Positions 56,408-64,000 of a stretch of DNA of 64,000 nt are shown here, one piece after another. Made by a program: the position numbers and the translations under genes. This DNA comes from Acidobacteriota bacterium (GTDB lineage Bacteria; Acidobacteriota; Thermoanaerobaculia; Multivoradales; UBA5704): contig JBDTZG010000003.1 in assembly GCA_040005235.1 (NCBI GenBank), positions 1 through 64,000 on the forward strand, given 5' to 3'. Positions within the stretch are counted from its first letter, which is position 1; each line of letters opens with the position of its first letter. The notes beneath the pieces were generated by a model. That model had not been told where the DNA came from, did not search any database, and saw nothing but the letters and a program-made list of their open reading frames with translations.

Positions 56408-59104
56408 CTATTCGCAGCGCAGCGCGAGCGTCGGCGCGATCTGAGACGCTCTGCGCGCGGGCACGTAGGCCGCGAGCAGGGTCACGAGCACCATCAAGGG
56501 GACGATGACGAGATATGCCACGAAATCGACCCCGCCGGTATTGAACAGCATGGAATTCATCAGCTGCTCGACGGCAAAACCCATCGCGAGGCCGATTCCC
56601 GTCCCGATCCCTACGAGGGTGAGGCCCTTGCCCATGACCAGGCGCAGGACGGCGAACGGTCCCGCTCCGATCGCCATCCGAATGCCGATCTCGCGAGTCC
56701 GGCGGCTCACGTTGTAGGCCACCAGTCCGTACAGGCCCGCGATCGCCAGCAGGAGACCCACCCCGCCCATTGCACCGACGAGCCGGATCGCGGCGCGCGG
56801 GCCGTCCACGGCGTGGTAGTTGTAGAGATCCTCGTAACTCCTCGTCTCGACGATCGGCAGGTTCGGAGCGAGCGTCCCGACGATCCGTTTGAGCGGCTCG
56901 ACGAGCTGCAGCGGATCGCCGCTCGAACGAAGCAGCAAGACCATCCGCTCTCGGTGGTGCTGGGCGAACGGAAGGTAGACGAAATCCATCGGCCGTTCGC
57001 CGGTCTCGCGATATTGGATCGTCTGGGCGACGCCGACGATCTCGACCGGCATGCCGGCGTGCCCGTCGAGCCGGACGCGCTTGCCCACTGCATCCCCTTT
57101 TGGCCAGTAATGATGCGCGAATTGCTCGTTCACCACCGCGACGCGTGGCGTATCGCCGCGATCCGAAGCCAGGAAACCACGGCCCCGGAGAATCCGAATC
57201 TTCATCGTGTCGAAGAACCCTTCGTCCACGGGGTCCATCGCCGAAGTGAAGCTCTCCCGATCCCGCGGCATCTGAAACCCTTCCGGCACGAAGGAGAAGG
57301 CTTCGAAACCGTTCAGGCCGAGCGGTGGATTGCTGGTGAACGCGGCGCTCTCGACGCCGGGGGTTTCCCGGACCCGTTCGGCCAGCTGCTGATAAAACCG
57401 CTCGGTCTCTCCCGCATCGTATTGCACCAGACGCGGATCGAACCGGGCCATCAACAGGTGATCCTTTGCGAACCCGGTCGCCTGGATCAGGCTATGTTGG
57501 AAACTCCGAGCCATCAAGAAAGCCGCGGTGAGCAGCATCAGCGACATCGCGACTTGGGCGATCACCAGGACGTTTCGACCCCACAGCCGTTTCTTTCCCG
57601 GCAGGTCGACGTCGGCGCTCTTCAAACCGTTCGCGAGATCCGCGCGCGTGCTCTGCAAGGCCGGCGTCAGGCCGCAAAAGAACGCGCTCGCGAGCGACAC
57701 CGCTAGGCTCGCGACCAGCACGCGCGCATCCATTCGAAACGGGATCGTGACCGGCAAATCGGTCGGCACGCTAAACTTGCTGAACAACGCGATGCCAACG
57801 TAGCCGACGACGAGGCCGCCCAATCCACCCAGGATGGCGAGAATCAAACTCTCGGTGAGGAGCAGCCGGATCAGGCGGAAGCGTCCGGCGCCCAGCGCCA
57901 ACCGGACGGCGATTTCGCGGGTGCGCGTACGAGCCCGGCTCAACAGGAGCCCCGCCACGTTGGTGCAGGCCACCAGGAGCACCGCCAGCGCCAAGATCAA
58001 GAAGATCACGCTGAATTTCCAGTTGACGTCGTCGTCGGCCGTCCGCATTTCGAATTGGGTGCGGACCGTCGCGCCGCGGTCGCGGTTCAACGCCGGAAAC
58101 TCCCGCTCGAAATTCTGAGCGATCCCGGCCAGCTCGGTACGAGCCTGGGCTAACGTCACAGCCGGTTTCAAGCGCGCCTTCACGTTCAGCTCGCGATCGT
58201 CCCGGTCCTCGAAGAAACTCTTCTCCGGGTGGGTCGAAAACGTCCGCGCCATCGCCAAAGGCACGTAGAAATCGGGACGCGAGTAGATCTGCAGCCCTGG
58301 AAACGATTCCGGCGCGACGCCGATGACGGTGAGCTCCGTGCCGTTGAGGCGAATTCTCCGGCCCACCACGGCAGGGTCGCTCGCGAACTGGTTCTTCCAA
58401 TAACCCGAACCGAGCACCACCACCGCATCGCGGCCGGGCACCTGGTCTTCGCTCGCCCGGAAATCACGCCCCAGCTGCGGCTGTACGCCCAGCACGGCAA
58501 GGTAGTTTCCGGACACCATCATGCCACCCTTGACCTGCGGCGTGGCGCCGGGTTCGACGGTCACGCCCACGGGCTCCGTGTCCGAGTAGGCGATCACGCC
58601 CTCGTAGCTTTTCGCGTGATCCCGGATGTCCAGAAATTCCCGATACGAAAAAGAATCGAGACTCTTGTCGCGGGACGTACTCATCAGGGTGACCACGTCG
58701 TTCGGATGGGGCACCGGGTACGGCCTGAAGATCAGCGCATCGACCATGCTGAAGGGCGTCGTGGTCATGCCGATCCCGAGCGCGAGCGTGATGACCACCA
58801 AAACCGCGAGTCCCGGCGTGCGGCGCAGGCTCACGATCGCGTATTGGACGTCGTCGAGAAAGTCCGTCAGCCAGTGAACGCGTCGCATTTCTCGCATCTC
58901 CACTTTTCGTTGTTCGAGGCCGCCCATCGCGCGCATCGCCTGGGTTCGCGCCTCTTTGGGCGAAAGCCCGGCGGCGACGCCTTCCTCGAACTTGTTCTCC
59001 AGATGGAACTGCAGCTCCTCGGCAAGCTCCTGCTCGACCCGGTTGCGGCGAAAGATCGATCGCAGCCGCAACGGCGCCGTGAACCACCAATGTTCGATTC
59101 GCAT
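56408..59104 (-). CDS. ADOP-family (acidobacterial duplicated orphan) ABC permease
   Basis: LALGIG, LLVACTNVAGLLL, REIAVRLALGAGR, RRTREIGIRMAIGA. Confidence 0.93.
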   Translation of the reverse strand: MRIEHWWFTAPLRLRSIFRRNRVEQELAEELQFHLENKFEEGVAAGLSPKEARTQAMRAMGGLEQRKVEMREMRRVHWLTDFLDDVQYAIVSLRRTPGLAVLVVITLALGIGMTTTPFSMVDALIFRPYPVPHPNDVVTLMSTSRDKSLDSFSYREFLDIRDHAKSYEGVIAYSDTEPVGVTVEPGATPQVKGGMMVSGNYLAVLGVQPQLGRDFRASEDQVPGRDAVVVLGSGYWKNQFASDPAVVGRRIRLNGTELTVIGVAPESFPGLQIYSRPDFYVPLAMARTFSTHPEKSFFEDRDDRELNVKARLKPAVTLAQARTELAGIAQNFEREFPALNRDRGATVRTQFEMRTADDDVNWKFSVIFLILALAVLLVACTNVAGLLLSRARTRTREIAVRLALGAGRFRLIRLLLTESLILAILGGLGGLVVGYVGIALFSKFSVPTDLPVTIPFRMDARVLVASLAVSLASAFFCGLTPALQSTRADLANGLKSADVDLPGKKRLWGRNVLVIAQVAMSLMLLTAAFLMARSFQHSLIQATGFAKDHLLMARFDPRLVQYDAGETERFYQQLAERVRETPGVESAAFTSNPPLGLNGFEAFSFVPEGFQMPRDRESFTSAMDPVDEGFFDTMKIRILRGRGFLASDRGDTPRVAVVNEQFAHHYWPKGDAVGKRVRLDGHAGMPVEIVGVAQTIQYRETGERPMDFVYLPFAQHHRERMVLLLRSSGDPLQLVEPLKRIVGTLAPNLPIVETRSYEDLYNYHAVDGPRAAIRLVGAMGGVGLLLAIAGLYGLVAYNVSRRTREIGIRMAIGAGPFAVLRLVMGKGLTLVGIGTGIGLAMGFAVEQLMNSMLFNTGGVDFVAYLVIVPLMVLVTLLAAYVPARRASQIAPTLALRCE

Positions 59105-59106
59105 GA

Positions 59107-59442
59107 TCAAGCCTCGCTGAGCTGGACGACGCGTGAAATGGCCGACGAGAGCCGCTCCCAGTTGGCGGTCTCCGATTCGAGCTGGTTTCGGCCCAGGCGG
59201 GTGAGCGAATAGAACTTCGCCCGCCGGTTGTTTTCCGTCTGCTTCCATTCTGCGGTGATCCAGCCCTCCTGTTCCAACTTATGGAGCGCCGGGTAGAGGG
59301 AGCCTTCGCTCACCTGGAGTACATCGTTGGAAATAGAGCGCAGGCGCAGACCGATGGCCCACCCATGCATAGGTTCGAGCGCCAGGATTTTCAGCAGCAG
59401 CAGATCGAGGGTACCGAGGACAAGGTCGTTGGGCTTACTCAT
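59107..59442 (-). CDS. PadR-family regulator (acidobacterial type)
   Basis: GTLDLLLLK, GSLYPALHKLE, ENNRRAKFYSLT. Confidence 0.93.
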   Translation of the reverse strand: MSKPNDLVLGTLDLLLLKILALEPMHGWAIGLRLRSISNDVLQVSEGSLYPALHKLEQEGWITAEWKQTENNRRAKFYSLTRLGRNQLESETANWERLSSAISRVVQLSEA

Positions 59443-59550
59443 CTCGGTTACCGAGGGTACGACAGACTCCCCTCGGTAAGCAAGGGGAAAGTTTCAGGGC
59501 GAAACTTTTCCCGTTGAATCGATGACCGCCACCCCTTCCGGGCGGGAAGG

Positions 59551-61302
59551 TTACTTCGCCATATGAAGGTCGACCCGGCCGCCGGCCGCCCCCACCTCGA
59601 CCATACCGTGCGCCCGGCCGAGACCGTTCGCCGCCGTGACTTCGTACGTCCCCGGTTCAAGGCCGGTGAGCTGGAACTGTCCGCCGCGATCGGTCACGAA
59701 CGAGCTCTGCGGGGGGAGGAACGGTGTGACCGCAGCTCCCTTGCCGAGGGGGACCACCCTTCTCGCTTCGACGGTGACCCCGGCGGCGGGATTGCCTTGT
59801 GGATCGCGCAGGCGCCCCTCGATCGAGAGGCCGCGCGAGAGCACGACTTTTAGATTGGGAAGCCGGCCACCCGTCGCCAACTTCAGGCCCGGCAACCGGC
59901 CGGGGACGAAGCCGTTCGCGCGCGCTATGAGATCGAAGGCGCCGGGTTCGAGACTCCCCGCGTGAAAGCCTCCGTGGATGTCCGAGGTGGCCAGCCGCTG
60001 TTCCTTCTGCTCCGTGGTCCGTTCTCCACCGTCCGCGCTTTCCGTCTCGCGCAGGGCGAAGATCTCCGCTCCGCCGACCGGCTTTCCCGCCTCGTCGAGC
60101 AGAATTCCGGTGATCCCTGCGGCATCCTCCGGATCGGCCCGATCGAGACGGAGAAGGACCGGCAGGTCGCGCGGCCCCGGCACGACCCCGGCGATCTGAC
60201 GCCAGGCATGACCCGCCGCCGCGGCTCCAAACGTCGGCTTCCCCGAGCCGGCGACGGCGATCTCGAAGTTCCCCTGGTCGTCGGGATGAACCACGCCATC
60301 GAGCGCAACGCCTTCGCCGCCCACCCAGGCCAGGGCGTTCGACAAAGGTTTGCCGTCGATCGATTCGAGCGCCCTGCCGCGCGCCTTCCTCGGCGGACCG
60401 AGGCGAACTGAAATCGGTTTGCCGCCGACCGGAATTGCCATGGGAGCCACAACTTCGCCCCACGCGCCGCCTTCCGTCACGATCAGCAGAAGCGTGCCAG
60501 GCGCCGGAGAGAGAACGTCGGCGTGGCCTTCGTCGTCGAGAACCGCCACCGCCGATCCCAACGAATAGACCAGTGCGCCGGAGGCGGGCCGGCCCGCGGC
60601 GTCGCGCGCCGCGATCGCCAGGGCCGGCTGATCGGCCAAGCGCACCACCGCCCAAGGGGCGTCGGCTTCGACGTCCGTCGAGCCGAGTCCTGCCGCGGTC
60701 TCAGCCTGTACCTGGGTTTTTTCGCCTGCGCTGCGATTGACGATCGCCCGGCCCTGGCTGTCGGTCCGGACGCGCTCCGCCGCGGGACGCCAGGCGCCCG
60801 GATCGTCTGAAGCGGCCGCCCCACCGAACGGGACGGCGCGCACGGCGGCCCCGGCAACCGGTTGACCCGTCGGATCGAGCACCGTCACGGAGAGCGGCCG
60901 GAGGCCGGCCGGCACCATCGGCGGCAATTCGACCGGCTCCACCAGCGGCAGAAGGGGAATTTCGAGCGTCCGAAAACCCCGGGCTCGAAACGTAACCCGA
61001 TAGCAACCCGGCGCCGGGACGGACAGCTCGAACGTGCCATCCCCCACCGCCCGGGCGGACGCGAGCACCGCCGGCTCGTCCCCGCCGAAGGCCGCCCGGC
61101 GCGCGGCAAAGCTCAAGAAAGCCGGCCGAATCTCGACAAAGGCGGACGACGGAGGCGCGCTCGCGCCCTGGAGCGGCAGCACCCGGCCGCGAATCTTGAT
61201 CGGCCTGGCCGCAGGTTGGCCAAAAACTGCCCCGGACCAAAGAAGGCCGAGACACGCGGCCATGGCCGAGGGGCGGCGGCGGGCCGCTTTCGAGATCGAC
61301 AT
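59551..61302 (-). CDS. Secreted carboxypeptidase-regulatory-like domain repeat protein
   Basis: V.DP.GQPVAGA repeats, TD..G.F...GLEPGTY. Confidence 0.8.
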   Translation of the reverse strand: MSISKAARRRPSAMAACLGLLWSGAVFGQPAARPIKIRGRVLPLQGASAPPSSAFVEIRPAFLSFAARRAAFGGDEPAVLASARAVGDGTFELSVPAPGCYRVTFRARGFRTLEIPLLPLVEPVELPPMVPAGLRPLSVTVLDPTGQPVAGAAVRAVPFGGAAASDDPGAWRPAAERVRTDSQGRAIVNRSAGEKTQVQAETAAGLGSTDVEADAPWAVVRLADQPALAIAARDAAGRPASGALVYSLGSAVAVLDDEGHADVLSPAPGTLLLIVTEGGAWGEVVAPMAIPVGGKPISVRLGPPRKARGRALESIDGKPLSNALAWVGGEGVALDGVVHPDDQGNFEIAVAGSGKPTFGAAAAGHAWRQIAGVVPGPRDLPVLLRLDRADPEDAAGITGILLDEAGKPVGGAEIFALRETESADGGERTTEQKEQRLATSDIHGGFHAGSLEPGAFDLIARANGFVPGRLPGLKLATGGRLPNLKVVLSRGLSIEGRLRDPQGNPAAGVTVEARRVVPLGKGAAVTPFLPPQSSFVTDRGGQFQLTGLEPGTYEVTAANGLGRAHGMVEVGAAGGRVDLHMAK

Positions 61303-61503
61303 GAAAACCTCTTCCCTGAGGGGCGTCGGAGACGAACAGGTCCCGCGAGCGCTGGGATTGTACGGGAACCTCCCGAGTCCCGAAGAATTGAGCCGGCAGC
61401 GATAGAATCGTCTCAATCCGCCGCTGCACCAGAAGTTTTTCGTCAATCCGGCAGAGCTCGGCACGGCAGTCTGATGGCTTTGGCGAAGGATCGAGGAGAA
61501 TGC

Positions 61504-61848
61504 ATGTCCAAGAGCATCCTGGTTCCCCTATTCATGCTTGTCTCCAGCTGCCTGATGGCCTTGGCGTGGCTGGGCCACCTGCGCTATCGCGACAGCATCG
61601 GCTTCTGGACCGCCCTCGGCGCGAGTTGGCTTCTGGTCCTGCCCGAGTACGTGCTCAACGTGGCGGCCACCCGGTTCGGCTACGGCACCTACAGCGGCGC
61701 CCAAATGGCAAGCTTTCACCTCGCCTTCGGCGTCGTCTGCGTCGCCCTCGTCTCGCGCTTCGTGCTGGACGAAAAGCTGGGCCTGCCCCAGATGGTCGGG
61801 TTCATGTTTCTGGGGGTCGCCATGGTGCTGATCACTTATCGACCTTGA
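61504..61848 (+). CDS. DMT-family (DUF486-like) small membrane protein
   Basis: MALAWLGHL, SW...PEY...A.RFG. Confidence 0.8.
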   Translation: MSKSILVPLFMLVSSCLMALAWLGHLRYRDSIGFWTALGASWLLVLPEYVLNVAATRFGYGTYSGAQMASFHLAFGVVCVALVSRFVLDEKLGLPQMVGFMFLGVAMVLITYRP

Positions 61849-62537
61849 AGGATGGAGCGCACCCCTTCCGATTCGCGTTGTTTCCGGGGTGATCCCATGG
61901 GTGGCGGTTGTAGCTTCACTGTCCTGCGCAGCAATCGTTCATCCGGCGGATTCCGCGAAAATCCGCCGGAGACGACGCCGAACGGCCCCGTAAAGCTGCT
62001 ATCGGCTGTCGACGGCGGCTCTGCGGTCTTCGAGAGTGGCTATCCAGCTCTGGATGCCGCCATCGCCCGTGGAACCCCGCTATCGAGAACGGGATAGCTG
62101 GCATTGCTCCTCGAAAGCCGCTATCGCTCGCGAAGAGCGACGTTGCGGCGGCTGCGAGCGGCAAGCAGTCTCGGATAGCCGCTCTACGTCAAGGAATCGC
62201 GCGTTTTTCCTTCTGCATCCCGGATTCCGCGCCGGACGCCCGAATCCAGCGGCGGAAAGCCGCTTTCGACGGTCACGCCGCCGTGGCGGCGGCCGCATTC
62301 GCCCACCGGGACTCGCTGAGCGATTGCGCCGCCGACAGATCGGCTGGCATCACGCCATTGGTTCCGCCGAGGCGGACGACCATGGGGCTCGTTCCGTTCG
62401 TCCTCGCCACCTGCGGCAAGGCGGGAGCGACCTGAATACAGGATCCCGTCAAAGTTGCCAGACGCGATGTCGGCAGGCCCCTACATAGGACAGGTTCCTG
62501 GCAAACGCCGCCGGCGTCTGCGCTATCCTCACCGCAC

Positions 62538-62999
62538 GTGAAACGCCTCATCGTCTACGGCCTGGCGGGCGGCGCGCTGCTCGCGCTGCTCAAGGTCATC
62601 GAGTACAAGCACTTCGTCCACGCCTACCCGACCGAAATCTACGGCGGCCTGGTGGCGGCGATCTTCTCCGCCCTGGGGGTATACCTCGGGTTGCGGTGGA
62701 CCCGCGCGCGGGAGGTGGTGGTGATCCACGAGGTGCGCGTCCCCCACGAGGTGCGCGTTCCGGTGGGCGGGCAGTTCGCCCTTGATGCCGAGAAGCTCAA
62801 GCAGGTCGGCATCACCCCGCGCGAGCACGAGATTCTCGGCCTGATCGCGGAGGGCTTGAGCAACCGGGAGATCGGCGAGCGGCTGTTCGTGTCGGAGAAC
62901 ACGGTGAAGACCCACTCCTCCCGGCTGTTCGAGAAGCTGGTGGTGAAGCGCCGGGTTCAGGCGGTCCTCAAAGGTCGGGAGCTGGGATTGATCCCATGA
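62538..62999 (+). CDS. Membrane-anchored LuxR-type HTH regulator
   Basis: ITPREHEIL...GLSNREIGERLFVSENTVKTH. Confidence 0.9.
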   Translation: MKRLIVYGLAGGALLALLKVIEYKHFVHAYPTEIYGGLVAAIFSALGVYLGLRWTRAREVVVIHEVRVPHEVRVPVGGQFALDAEKLKQVGITPREHEILGLIAEGLSNREIGERLFVSENTVKTHSSRLFEKLVVKRRVQAVLKGRELGLIP

Positions 63000-63127
63000 C
63001 CCCCTGGCCATCGCCGGGGTCATCGAAAGGATGATTTCGGCCCTCTCCCCCAAATATCACCCGAAAGTAGGACGCGCCGGATGCCATCGGGAGGCCAGGA
63101 TGCGGGCCAACCCAAGGAGGAAGTGAC

Positions 63128-63679
63128 ATGAAAAAAATCGTGCTCCGCTACGGACTTTTCGCAGGCGCCATCCTGGCGGCGTTGGTGGCTACGGTGGCTT
63201 TTGGGGTGCCGTTCAGCTCCGGCAACTTCGAGCACAGCGAGATCTTCGGCTACAGCTCGATGGTCCTGGCGTTCCTGTTGGTCTTCTTCGGCGTCCGGTC
63301 GTACCGCGAAAATGTCGGCAATGGCGCGATCGGCTTCGGCAAGGCGCTCCAGGTCGGCCTACTGATCGTGCTGATCGCCTGCGCGATGTACGTGATCTCC
63401 TGGGAGATCACCTATTTCAACTTCGTCCCGGACTTCCTGGACAAATACAACGCCCACATGCTCGACAAGATGCGGGCCGAGGGCAAGAGCGCAGCGGCGA
63501 TAGAGGAAGCGACCGTGAAAATGGCCAGCATGGCCAAGCAATACCAAAACCCGCTGTTCAACAGCGCCATCACCTTCATGGAGGTCTTCCCCGTCGGCCT
63601 GATCATGGCGCTGGTCTCCGCAGCGATTCTGCGCAAGAAACCCCGCCTCGACGTACCGGCTGAGGCCGGCATGGCCTGA
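63128..63679 (+). CDS. DUF4199 membrane protein
   Basis: MKKIVLRYGL, GYSSMVLAF, YFNFVPDF, FMEVFPVGL. Confidence 0.85.
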   Translation: MKKIVLRYGLFAGAILAALVATVAFGVPFSSGNFEHSEIFGYSSMVLAFLLVFFGVRSYRENVGNGAIGFGKALQVGLLIVLIACAMYVISWEITYFNFVPDFLDKYNAHMLDKMRAEGKSAAAIEEATVKMASMAKQYQNPLFNSAITFMEVFPVGLIMALVSAAILRKKPRLDVPAEAGMA

Positions 63680-63783
63680 CCCGAGCGCGGTGCCCTCGAC
63701 GGCTTTCGCCGAGGCCACCGCGGTTGACACCCCCATCGAACCGACGCCAGGATTAGGCGATCCTTCAAAGAAAGGGTGGGACC

Positions 63784-64000
63784 ATGATTCCAGCGCGGGT
63801 AAAGGTGCGCCTCCAGGCGCGCGGCGGAAAGATCCTCGGACCGGCGACCGAGCAGCCCCTCCTCACGGTCAAGGATCTGATCCGGAGAGAGACGCTGATC
63901 ACCGACGAGAAGTTCAACAAAGAGGCCTCGGGCACGGTCGTGCCGGCGTCGCCGTTCAAAGAGAACTTCTCGAGAAACGCGCTCGTCGTCGAGCCGCCGG
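63784..64000 (+). CDS. 5' part of a hypothetical protein (cut by window edge)
   Basis: Purine-rich RBS then MIPARVKVRLQARGGKILGP..., open to the edge. Confidence 0.6.
   Translation, partial: MIPARVKVRLQARGGKILGPATEQPLLTVKDLIRRETLITDEKFNKEASGTVVPASPFKENFSRNALVVEPP

Noticed and set aside
61850-62530. ~680-bp intergenic stretch with no convincing ORF
   Set aside because: No recognisable RNA motif, repeat or coding signal by eye; an Rfam search would be needed.

Overview
High-GC bacterial DNA, very probably Acidobacteriota: it carries an ADOP-type permease with an acidobacterial PadR, and the peptide leaders resemble those seen in Thermoanaerobaculia. The flanks hold ordinary genes: MocR/AhpD, a ring-cleaving dioxygenase and esterase, an ECF sigma factor, an hcrCAB-like molybdo-flavoenzyme, malate synthase, pepT, tricorn protease, amidase and an S9 peptidase. 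Between about 14.3 and 32.6 kb lies a mosaic accessory island. It has one intact HUH/Y1 (RAYT-like) transposase bounded by a 15-bp motif, ATAGGTGCCA(G/C)CCTA, which recurs about 12 times, often at cargo junctions. The cargo includes three Cys/Ser/Thr-rich lanthipeptide-like precursor genes, each bracketed by motif copies, and several toxin-antitoxin modules, two with inactivated toxins. The island also holds a 5'-truncated group II intron, an IS481-type end, a REPIN-like hairpin, and a 42-bp periodic array in front of a small helical protein. A fourth orphan precursor lies at 55.2 kb and a second, 21-bp periodic array at about 0.4-0.74 kb. No RiPP modification enzymes, cas genes, integron integrase, rRNA or tRNA genes were recognised. 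All family assignments come from motif recognition by eye, not database searches.
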